A stretch of DNA of 62,180 bases, the filler included. It is 10 parts of 10 records of this genome, joined end to end, with 100 filler letters (N's around TTAATTAATTAA, not from the genome) between each part and the next. Parts side by side here need not be neighbours in the genome. Positions count along the whole stretch, not along the records: positions 47,179 to 54,161 come from SRR15195285_2655; positions 54,262 to 62,180 come from SRR15195285_2660; 8 more parts are not named here. One strand, written 5' to 3'. The notes beneath the pieces were generated by a model. The model did not search any database and was not told where the DNA came from. It was given only the letters and a program-made list of their open reading frames with translations. The stretch's first letter is position 1. Each line of letters opens with the position of its first letter. The translations under genes were made by a program, and so were the position numbers. Positions 47,179 through 57,700 of this stretch are shown one piece after another.

Positions 47179-47637
47179 GCAGCAGCAGCAGCGGCGGCGG
47201 CAGCAGCATCGCCAGCGCCGCCATTATCACAATACCAGCAGCGCTAGTACGGGTGCGTACCTCATCATCATTATGGCCCACAACTCGCGCGGCGACTCGA
47301 TCAGCCCGTGCATATCTTCCTTGAAGCCGGCCACCTGCCAAACGGACAGCACTTAGTCCTCTCCTTCCACCCCAGGCATCGCTCGCCGTTAGCATCACTG
47401 CTCAGGTATCGTCAGCAGTCTCACTGCGCCCCGACAAGAATTTCCCCGGGAGCAGCGCAGCATGGACGGAGCAGCGAAAATGGCGTTGGCTCCCTCCTCC
47501 CTGAACATGCAGATGGAATGACGTGAATCAAGATGGCTTGTACTCACCCCCTTCCGCACCGCCTCCACCAACCCGCCCACCTGCGGCTTCGTCCCATCGC
47601 CGTCCCCAGTGGTCAGTCCCACCTCGCCGTCCGCCAT
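47179..47637 (-). CDS. 5' fragment of a spliced gene, possibly a membrane transporter; 3' truncated
   Basis: ATG at 47637 with a GTGAGT donor at ~47548; a downstream exon reads EDMHGLIESPRELWAIMMM|GTACGC. The exon joining is unresolved. Confidence 0.3.
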
Positions 47638-48841
47638 CCCGCAGCTCAGGCGCCGCCGCCACGTCTGGTGCGCCGCACCCTGTAACGCTACCAGTGTACA
47701 CGCACGCGTATCCGACTGCGCACTGGAGTACTCAAGCTACGTATAGATCTCGTACTGCGTGCGTAACTGCGTGAGTACTCGAAGTACGAGTACAGCCAGC
47801 ACCACGCGGCCTGTGCCTGTTGGTGTTGCTTTTCAGGGCGATCTGTGGGGCCGTCCGGCGAACGGGGCGCGAACAACAATGAGGCGGTCCGTGCGAGGCA
47901 CTCGGGCAGCTACTAGTACGTAGCGAGACGTACTAGTAGGCGCGCGCGGTGCGCGCGCGCGTGTATCACTACAGTACAGCACACGATGATCGGGGGATGA
48001 TGAGCTCATTCCCGGACTCGCCGTTTGCACACACACCCGTCTCAGAATTCGGCAATTAGGCCCTACGAGTGTTGATCAGTTCTGATGTGGATGAATCGCT
48101 GAGCTGCATTGAATTCTGACTGAGAAATGACCGAACTCATTTGTTCATCCGTACGGTCTCTAGACCGGTGATCGATCGCGCCGATCATACCTGGCTACTG
48201 AATCCGGATTACTGTAGAGTCCAAATCGGGATATCCGGCCCGAGTGGTTCACGTTCAGCCAGGTTCACAGTTCGCGCGGTTCCCGAATCGAGTCAAGTTA
48301 CAACGGAGTGCAAGGTGGCGAGCCGTCTCCCGGAAATTCCCACTCGACACACTGTTGAATCGGCGGAACCGTCAACCCGGTAGACTCAGCTGGGTTAACG
48401 TTGGTCACTCCCAGAATTCTGACCAACCCAGTTGAGTCTACCCTTGGAACCGTACTGTATCTATCTGGATGAGTACCGTAGTAGGATTTTCTTCTCGAGA
48501 AGTTCAGACAGGGCTGGGAAGTGCACCTCCATCCACGACGCCCGCCGCCGCCAGTAGAAAAGAAAATCCCCGGTCGTCTCAGGAAGTACTAGTAAGTACC
48601 GGTACCTCAGTGTACTAGTACAGTACAGTACTCTAGTACTGCGGTAGTACACACTGTACGGAACAGCGCTCAGCACAAGCAAACCGCGAAGCGCATCGAG
48701 AACAGGACCGTACCTGCTGGGCAGCACGCACCACGCCACTGGGTACTAGTACACGCTGGGTACGCTGTGGAAGGCGCTTGAGGCACTTCCAGCTGCTTGC
48801 TACGTTTGCACGAGCGAACGGTGTACTGTGCACTGGGAGCG

Positions 48842-51387
48842 ATGGCCACCGCACAGCGCGTCTCCGCCGCGATGGCGCACCTCGGTGCGATCAAGCCGCT
48901 GGGCGACCAGACCAACTCGCAGCCGGCGTTTAACTTTGGCGTCGGCAAGGTGGCGACGGCGGCGACGGCGGCTGTGGCACCGTCGACCGATCACTTCCAG
49001 GTGAGAGTGTACCAGAAACCACCCAGTCAGCTGCCCGCTGTGTTCCCGTTGCCTAAACCAAGATGCTGTGACCGTAGGCGAAGAAGCGCAGCTCGGAGCT
49101 CGGCGACCGAATCGACAACCGCAACGGTGGCGACTCGCGATTTGAGGACGAGGACTGGGATCCCACGGGTCCGATGGAGAAGGCATCCGCCGCAGAGCTC
49201 GCCAACCGCAAGATTGTGCGTCGCGCGCGCCGCAAGAAGTCTGCAGCGCCCGCAGCCCCGCAGGTCAAGGGCCTGTTCGGAGGCGTAGCTGACAACACAG
49301 CTGCGAAACCACCCGCTCCAGCTGCTACGAGCGCCCCGAGCTTCAAGTTCGGCGCTGCTACACACCAACAGGCGGAGTCTCCATCTGCTACGAACGCTCC
49401 GAGCTTCAAGTTCGGTGGTGCGGGGCCTGTGGCTTCTGTTCCAGCTGCTGCGCCAGCATTTGGTTTCAAGTTCAACACCGGCAGTGGAGATGCCACAGCA
49501 GCCGAAACCCAGCCAAAAGAATCGCCAGCAGCGAAGCCAGCATTCAAGTTCGGCACAGATGCAGCTGCACCCGCAGCCTTTGCGTTCAAGATCGATGCTC
49601 CTGCAAAGTCCGCAGAGCCGGCTGCTGTCGCGCCGAAAGCTGGGTTCAGCTTCAACGTGGCCCCGCCAGCTAACACTGACGACGCAGAGAGTGAAGATGA
49701 ACAGCCCGAGCAAGAGACCGGCACCATTGTCGCGGGTGCAGGAGAAGAAGCTGAGACCACCGAACGTGAGCACAAGGCGAAGTTGTATCGCCTTCGGGAC
49801 GGAGAGTGGGTCGAGCAAGGCATGGGTCAGCTGAAGCTCAATCGTGACAACAAAAGCGGCAAACGCCGACTGCTGATGCGTGCTGGTCTCCGCGTTGTGC
49901 TCAATACCCCACTGTTCGAAGGTCAAATGGTCAAGGTGCAAGGCGCTGGAATTCTGTTGACTGCAGCTGAGGTCGTGGAGGGAGTCCAGAGCACTGCCAG
50001 CTTCTTGCTCAAGGTCAACAAAGAGCAGCTTCAAACTCTCGCCGACGCTATAGCAGCAGGCCATGGTGCCCCAAGCAAGGACATCGAGACGCCAAAACAA
50101 GCTGAAGTGGTTAGTCCAGTCGCCCAGCAGAATTCCGAACAGCCGAAACAAGAGCAGAGCAAACCAGTAGCTAACGATGCCACACCCGCCGCAGCACCGA
50201 AACCGTTCATTTTCAAAGCACCAGATGCCGCAGCTGTTATGCCGGCGACGTCGAACCAGCCTGTGTTCACATTTGGCGGTCCAACGAAGCTAGTACAGCC
50301 AACCGACGAGGAAATGGACGAGCAGGAAGACTCTGATAATGAAGGGACATCAGATGAGAGCTTTGCCGAAGAAGAAGTTAGTGATGGGGAGGAGGATGAT
50401 GAAGCTGACGAGGAGGAGGGGGAGCAGGAGGATCCGGAGGAAGAGGAGGAGGAGCAGGAGGAGGAGCAATATGACAGCACGACGAATGAAGGTGGAGACT
50501 TCACAGCGAGTGGACTGGGCGCTGGCCTTGCCATGCATGTGGCGGAAAAGGAAGCCGCTGCCGCTGTCACTGCCGAGTCTTCCCAACTAGCATCGCTACC
50601 AGACCAGTCCACCTACCGTGCTCAACTGGAGGACTACCAGAATGCGCTCGAAGACTGGGTTCAGATTGCGCAACGTGAAGAAAAGCAGCGACGCGCACTT
50701 GAGGAACAGCTTGCAAATGCTGCAGCCGGCGGGGTGCCAGTCACTCCTCGAAAGCAGCAGGCCACTGACAACGAGGCAGCAGCGGTTGCAGAGCTGCAGG
50801 CACAGCTTGCACAGGTCAAGGCAGACGCAGAGAAAAAACTTGGAGATTTGCGTACTGAGCTAGAAACTCAACAGGCCGCGGCTACTCGCACCTCTGCTGA
50901 AGCGGAGCAACTGCGCCAGCAGAACGAAGCTGCGCAAGCAGAGATAACAAAGCTCAAAACCCCAACCAAGGCTCTTGTCCCAGTACCCAAGCAGGAGGGC
51001 GAGGAGTCCGACAAGATTGCTGCGCTATCCCAAGAGGTTGACATCCTGAAGAAGCTGTTCCTTGCATCGGCAAGTGCCTCACCGGCGGCATCAGAGATGC
51101 GAGCACAGCAGCAGCAGCAGCAGATTATGCCAATCCCGAGCCCAAGCAAGGTTCTGGCCACACCAACAGCTGTACGCGGCTCGCCCCACGCCATTGGCAG
51201 CGCCACCAAGGCAGCTAACCACAGTCAGCACATGCACGCACTGAATAAGCAGATCGCAAGCTGGGTGAACAGTAGCTTGTCTGACAACCCAGATGCAGAC
51301 CTGACACCGCAACTGAAGGACTATATGAACCACGTCAGTGGCTGGCAACAGGTGCATAACAAATGGTTCCGCCCATCATCGAACTAG
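48842..51387 (+). CDS. NUP50: Nup50/Nup2-like nucleoporin (FxFG repeats, Ran-binding domain), 2 exons
   Basis: Intron 49001-49077; KASAAELANRKIVRRARR N-terminal motif; FKFG repeats; RanBD (KAKLYR...WVEQGMGQLKL...RLLMR); LNKQIASWV...NPDADLTPQLKDY motif. Confidence 0.8.
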
Positions 51388-51647
51388 GAGCGCCAAATTA
51401 GGCACCCAACAACGTCGTGCGCAGTGGAGTGAGAGCTACTAGTAGTCTAGGCCACCTTCTCTGTCTGTTTTTGTCCGAAGGAGGCGAATTGTCAAATGAA
51501 CGATGTCTTCGTCAAGTGGCATTACTCCATGGCTTCGTCAAGTGGCATTACTCCATGCCATCAATGACATTTACGCGTACAGACTGCGCGTGTGTGGTCG
51601 CTACCGGCAGAACAAGAAAGGCAGCTGCCACTCATAAATGCGCATCG

Positions 51648-54161
51648 CTATCCGCGCGGCAAGTGGTGTCCTTGCTGGACCATCCATCGAATGTCAGCAT
51701 CAGCCATACCCATCGAACGCAGCTCACTCAGAGCGTTGGCTGTGCGTCGACCTCGCCACTGTGCCTGAATTGAAATTGCAGCGCCCTCTTCCACTAGTGC
51801 CTGCAGGCTTGCGTCTCCAGCACCTGAATAACCAGCATTTCCTGCCGTCGCTGCGACAGTCGTGTTCTTCTCGAACGGCATTGCCTCAGGCGGGCGTGAA
51901 ATCACAAGTTGGTCCGTCCCCGATGCAGTTGCCGAAGTCGGCATACTAAGCGTCGCAGGCGCTTCTTGCACATTTACCTCAACAGCTCCATCTCCAGTGT
52001 CGACCTGGCTGTGGTCTCTGAAATCCTGTGAGTCATACACGTCCTCTTCTTCCGTCTCCGAGCAGAATGATGAGTTTGTCATCGTCTGAGCACTAGAAAA
52101 CTCTGAGTCATAATCCGCACGATCGTAATGCTGCGCGCCACTGCCCGTGATGTGGTCCCACATTGCGCAAAATGCGTCGATATCCAGGCCGATAACCACC
52201 TCAGTTGCAGGAAGATTACTGTCGGCAATCCGATATCGCTTTCCAAACGCTTGCAGCAAGTCAGATATAAAAGCCTCATCGCTTGGAGGTGCTGCCCGAC
52301 CAAGCTCAGGCGCTGCATCTAGCAAGACTTCCCGCACCTGACTCGCAATGAGCACACCATCGCCAGCGATGTCTGCGTCTGCAAACAGGTCTTCTGGGCA
52401 GACCGTGCCAAAAGTCGATTCTGTCGTCTGTGAGCCAGAACCAACCGTGAAAGAATGGTATTCATCACTAGTATGGGATGATCTGACTTCCATGTCGTTT
52501 TGTGAGGTAGTGCCGACAAGGACGGACCCCCCAGCGCTGTTTCCCACTCGAAGGAACTGATTTCGTCTCGCGAGCTGTGTGCGCGGCGACACAGCTTGTT
52601 GGGCAGCGTACGATCCTCCACGCCCGCTGCCCCCGAACAGTGCCCACGCCTTCTCTCGCGGCGACTCGTCCTGCATGAGTGTCATTTCCCTACGTGTAGT
52701 GCTTCCACGCCATGCTGCCTGTAGCTTCGTCGCAGCCTCGTCTTCTTCTTGCTGCTCTAACAGCAGCTGTTCATAATATGCATCCGCAGACTGCCGGCCT
52801 CGATAGCCACGATATGTCTTCTGCAGCAACACCGCAGCCTTCTCCTCATTTTGCTGTCTCTTCAGTTGATACTCTCTAGACATGCCCTGTGGCTGGTAAT
52901 GCTGTTGGCGCTGGGTCGATGCCGACGCACGTACTGGTTGCAGCGCATGCTCAGGCTTAGGCTCGGGCTCAGGCTCGGGCTCGGGCTCAGCCGCACGGGC
53001 GGACTGCAGCGGCATCGTATACAGGTTTGATCCGTCCTTGGCAGCAGTGCCCTGCTTGTTCACATGTTGACGCCGATGCTCGTGCTGTTTATGCTGTAGC
53101 GACGGACTCGGTGATGTCAGCAAATCTGTCACCTGCGAAAACTGCTGCTCGAGAGATGAAATTCGACTCTCCACTGCAGGCGAAGACGGCGGCACACCTT
53201 CAGTTGGCGGCCACGTGGCCCCGTTTCCCGCCGCAGTCTCGACTGAATGTGCTACCTCTAACGTCAGATCACCCATTGGGCGGTATTCGGTCCTTTCCAA
53301 CGAAGGGCGGATAGTCTGCTGCTTCGCCACAGCAAGCTTTTGTCGCTGCTCTGATAGCATTTGGCGTTCCGTGGCTAGTGCCTGCCGCTCAGCTGTCAGC
53401 TTGACCTGTTGTAGATGTACAAACTCTCTTTCCACTTCCGCCGCTTCCTCCCTGACGCGTCGCCGCTGATCCATAATACGTCGCTGCACTTCCGTACGCT
53501 CGCGCTGCACCTCCGCGCGCCGCATGCGCTCCACCCGCTGCTCTTGCTCTTCTTGCTGCTGCTGCCAGCGCAGTTGTTCCCGCATCGCGGCTTGCTCTTC
53601 CTCTTCTTGTTCTCTCCACATTTGTTCCTCCTCTTGCAACGCAAGCTGCCGGCCTCGGTACCCGCGATAGTTCTTCTGAACCAGGACCGCCGCCTCAGTT
53701 TCCATGTCGTCCCACATCGCGTCATATTGTGCCTTGGTGCGGGCAAGCTGAGCCGATTCGTGCTTTAGCCTAGCACGCGTCGCTTCTACATGAAAAGATT
53801 GTGCGGAGGCCGCTGTGCGGGAGTGCTGCTCTCCATGCCAGCCATGTCGCCCTCGGGTAGTGGTCGGCAGACCATCTTCCACTAGTGGTATGGAAACCGC
53901 TGACGAACTGTCTGCATCGCCCAACCTGCCTTTACTATGTTGAACGGCCGCGTGTGGGTCAGGATAAGCACCCGCCCGGCCCGGGGTGGTTGCTTTGCTC
54001 CTACCGCTCGATTCGGTTCGACGGCGCCGCGTGCTGCTGGCAGAACCGTAGTGGTCTGGTTGGTGCTCCGGGGCTCTCTGCTGGCTGGCCCCACTCTCAC
54101 CTCGGCCCGGGCTCGCCCTCATCTCGTTCCATTCCTGCCTCATGCTCGCGTCGTAGTGCTC
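51648..54161 (-). CDS. IQ-motif coiled-coil protein with degenerate EF-hand, 5' truncated
   Basis: Four IQ motifs (VQKNYRGYRGR, LQKTYRGYRGR, LQAAWRG, IQAQWRG), DADIAGDG loop and PEPEPE linker. Confidence 0.8.
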   Translation of the reverse strand, partial: EHYDASMRQEWNEMRASPGRGESGASQQRAPEHQPDHYGSASSTRRRRTESSGRSKATTPGRAGAYPDPHAAVQHSKGRLGDADSSSAVSIPLVEDGLPTTTRGRHGWHGEQHSRTAASAQSFHVEATRARLKHESAQLARTKAQYDAMWDDMETEAAVLVQKNYRGYRGRQLALQEEEQMWREQEEEEQAAMREQLRWQQQQEEQEQRVERMRRAEVQRERTEVQRRIMDQRRRVREEAAEVEREFVHLQQVKLTAERQALATERQMLSEQRQKLAVAKQQTIRPSLERTEYRPMGDLTLEVAHSVETAAGNGATWPPTEGVPPSSPAVESRISSLEQQFSQVTDLLTSPSPSLQHKQHEHRRQHVNKQGTAAKDGSNLYTMPLQSARAAEPEPEPEPEPKPEHALQPVRASASTQRQQHYQPQGMSREYQLKRQQNEEKAAVLLQKTYRGYRGRQSADAYYEQLLLEQQEEDEAATKLQAAWRGSTTRREMTLMQDESPREKAWALFGGSGRGGSYAAQQAVSPRTQLARRNQFLRVGNSAGGSVLVGTTSQNDMEVRSSHTSDEYHSFTVGSGSQTTESTFGTVCPEDLFADADIAGDGVLIASQVREVLLDAAPELGRAAPPSDEAFISDLLQAFGKRYRIADSNLPATEVVIGLDIDAFCAMWDHITGSGAQHYDRADYDSEFSSAQTMTNSSFCSETEEEDVYDSQDFRDHSQVDTGDGAVEVNVQEAPATLSMPTSATASGTDQLVISRPPEAMPFEKNTTVAATAGNAGYSGAGDASLQALVEEGAAISIQAQWRGRRTANALSELRSMGMADADIRWMVQQGHHLPRG

Positions 54162-54290
54162 NNNNNNNNNNNNNNNNNNNNNNNNNNNNNNNNNNNNNNN
54201 NNNNNTTAATTAATTAANNNNNNNNNNNNNNNNNNNNNNNNNNNNNNNNNNNNNNNNNNNNCATTCCAATGAATTTCTGATTCTGATTCT

Positions 54291-54304
54291 GTAGGAATTC
54301 CTAC
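54291..54304. promoter_or_regulatory. Perfect 14-bp palindrome GTAGGAATTCCTAC, a recurrent intergenic motif
   Basis: The core TAGGAATTCCTA also occurs at 12531-12542, with variants at 22531-22541 and 22691-22713. The regulatory role is inferred only. Confidence 0.35.
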
Positions 54305-54712
54305 TTCGCGCTCACGGCGAGCAATCATGCGTGCACGCGCATGCATGCGCGCACGCATGCCGCGGCGCGCGCGATGCACGCGCGTCCGTCCGATGGGGCG
54401 ATGCGTGCGTGGCGGGGCTGCTAGTGCGATGGGGGTGCTGCAAGTTGCCCCCTGCTGCCGCTGCTAGCGCCGCTCATATTGCCCTGTTTCTGCTGGAGAT
54501 GCCGTGATATTACTGCTGGAGCTGCGCAGACCCCACTGGCTACCGTGCCTCTCGCCGGCGCCTCTGCCAGCAACTTGCAGCAAAGTTTGCAGCGATGCAG
54601 CCACTGCTTTGTCTTCCGCTGCAGGGATGGTGACGCGGCGAGAGGCGCGGTAGCCAGTGGGCAGCATCCCCGACATAGAGCGTAGCTGTGGGACGATCCG
54701 GGTCTTCGTCCA

Positions 54713-57700
54713 ATGGAGATCGATGCGGTGGACCTGGACGGGATCGCGGATATGATCGAGGGGATCGCCGAGGAGACTGAATCATCACTGCTGACTGAGC
54801 AGCAGCTCGCCGCCGTGCCCGTCGATTTCGAGAAGACCAGAGTTGGTGGACCAGAGCTGGTGGACGGTTCACAGTCTCCTGCATACATCGTGGACGAGGG
54901 TGTGCTGGTGAAGGAGCTGCGTCAGGACCATGGCGCGAGCGACTGGGGCACCGGGGAATGGCCGGGCGCGCAGACCCTCGAACACGTCGAGCTCAGGGCG
55001 AAGGAGTTCAGGCATGCCCACGACGAATACGCTGTCGGTCATTTCGACATCATTGCTGCGATCGTGTACCTACTCCGCTGAGTGTTGAAAACTTCGCTGC
55101 TGGTTATTTTTGCATTCGAATGCTATACTAGTACTGCTTGGCCGTTGCTCAAGGTTCTTTGTCGCCGGAGCAGGTATACAGACAACAAGAATAAGGTCTA
55201 CAGAAACCTCAACCAGTCCTGCCTGCACGAGATGGTTGAGCCGGATAAGCCGCCCTCCAGGTTCCGGTGGACGTACTATCATCTGCGGAATGCTGTACGC
55301 TCCCTCGACGGAGCGAAAGAAGGCCAAAAGCTCTGGCGCGGTCAAGGGCGATTCTACGATGCGGAGGAAGGGCAGGAGGAAGGGCACTCGTACCAGAAGG
55401 GCGCTCTGGTTGTGTGGAAGGAATTTGTCTCCACAGCCACAAGCAGGGAGCCGGCGGTCAAGTACGCAGCGAACGGTGGGGCACGGAACAGCCACCGCTG
55501 GACTGGCGTGCTTTTCGAGATTCAGGGTGCTCATGCAAACCTCGGCGCGTCCTTTCAGCAGCTGTCGATCTACCCTGACGAGGACGAGATTCTTCTTCCA
55601 CCCGGCACCTCCTTTCAGGTGCTCGAGCGCTTCAACGAGGGTGGGCTCGAGCTGGTCACCCTCAAATATGTGGGCACGTGGGTCTCCCCGCTGACGTTGC
55701 AAGGGCCGAAACCAGCACAGCCACTGCGCAAGCCGCAAGATTACCTCGAGATCTTTGTCCAAACCAAGTGCGGCTTGGAGATTGAGTCGCGGTGGCCTCA
55801 TGACGTGGAAGGGCACGCCGGCACGTATACTATCACTGGCGAGCGGCAGGTTGAGATATTGGTCAGGAAGTTTAAGATGAGACAGCATGAGATTCAGGGT
55901 CGCCTTTCACCGAAGAGCGCCATTCCAGTACCAGAAGACAAGCGCGAGGGTGCAGGCATTCCGACGCACGCGGAAACGTTCTGCTACATCCATCCGCTGC
56001 AGACGCTCGCCAACATGCTGTGGCCACGAGCAGCCGACGAACTGCGGAAGATGCGCGCTGAATCAGGTGAAGGCTTTGAAAACACGGAGGACGCAAAGTG
56101 GATCGATGCGGTGATGGAGGGAGGCTTCGCCTACTTTGACGCTGCCGGGGAAACGATCAGGGTCAACGCGATCAGTCTTCAACCGACGGAGACCGAGATG
56201 GTGTTTCGTGGGTTCCGGGTGGAGGCACAGCACGTCGTGACTGAAATGGATCGATTGCGTCGGCTTGCGGACATCGCGGAGGAGAGTGAATTCACTGCAG
56301 GTTTCAGAAAGGTGGGCTGGATCCATTCGATGGAAACTTTTGGTCAGCGTCATCAGTTGGTCAGTGATGAGCACGACTACTCAGATGGTGCGTTTCTCGT
56401 GCTCCATGCACCCGAGACAGAGGGGGGACCAGACGTCACATGGTTCTACATCATGATAGACCCGAACGACGCGACGTATGCGGACTCCAAAAGAGTGGCA
56501 CAGGAGCATCTGAGCAATCAGGCGGAGACACATGGGCTCTTCTCTGACGCTTACAACGAAGCCGTTCGTGCGCACACACACCACGTTAGCCACGTCAAAT
56601 ACAAGGACCACCTTCCGATCAGTATCGCGCAAGACGTTGATCTCAAGATTGAGCCACATTGGGACGATGCGATGCACGCGGGAGTGTACAGGATCGCAGG
56701 TCTGCCACTTCAGTATCCAGTCGTCAACAAAGTGCTGGAAACCCAGCTTGAGTTAACTTTGGGCCAGCTGCGAGGTTCGTTATCGCCGAAGCACGTGGTC
56801 ACAGTACCACCGGAGGTCCGAGCAAACGCTGGAATCCCCCCTGCAGCGGTAAGAAAGCCCACAAGTTGCGGTCTGCTTCGATTCACGCAGAAAATGCACT
56901 CAAATGGGTGGTCGACTTGCAGGTGAAGTTTTGCTTCCTCTCGCCGCTTCTAGATCCCGACGCACTCGCAAAGCTCAGCAAGCTACCGCTCCTGCAGCTC
57001 GCTCGCAATCCTTGGACTTCTGCGCTTCTGGCCGGGGGCTTCACCTACCTTGGTGAGAAGCTCCGACGAGTCGCATACTGCTGTAATGTGTTGCCTTAAT
57101 TCACTTGTGAGCGAGTGCATGATTGTGGCGGTGATGGTGGTTGTAGATGACAAGGACAATGTGCTGGCCATTAATGCGATATCATTCGCCCCGTCCGCCA
57201 CAGGATTGCGGCTGATGGGCAATGAGGTGAAGGCTGATTTCGCTAAAAATGGACTGGAGGAAGAAGGACGGCTCGTGCACATTCACGAGCCAAGAGAACT
57301 CAGTGATCGTGGCTGGGAGAGCTTCGGCTGGGTTAATCCCAACGAAACATTCGGCGCTAAGAAATTGTCCAAAAAGCATCGATACGAGAACGGTGGTTTC
57401 CTCTACATCCGCCGCTTTAAGAGTGGTGGACACAAAACTTATTTGTACTCGCTGGCGACCTCCATGTTGACGGAAGAGACTCAGGAATTGCAAATATCTG
57501 AAGAAGATCGCCTCTCATGTGGGTATATCGCAGCGGTCAACCGCGCAATCGCTGCCCAGAAGCAGAATGAGGAGGCCACGAATCTGCTGGAAATGGCGTT
57601 CAAACCACCGAAAGAGGATCGCACTTACAAGCTTTGGGATTTTTCGGACGGGGCTAGAAGAGCTTCTAAGGTCAAGGAGGATCTCTGTCAGAATCTCTGG

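Noticed and set aside
47179-47225. Joining this contig end (reverse strand CCG/CTG run) to the Kelch contig start at 9543
   Set aside because: The overlap is only low-complexity triplet repeat, and the flanking bases disagree.
9443-54261. Regularly recurring TTAATTAATTAA flanked by Ns, as a biological repeat or CRISPR-like array
   Set aside because: These are identical 100-bp synthetic contig joiners with stops in all frames.
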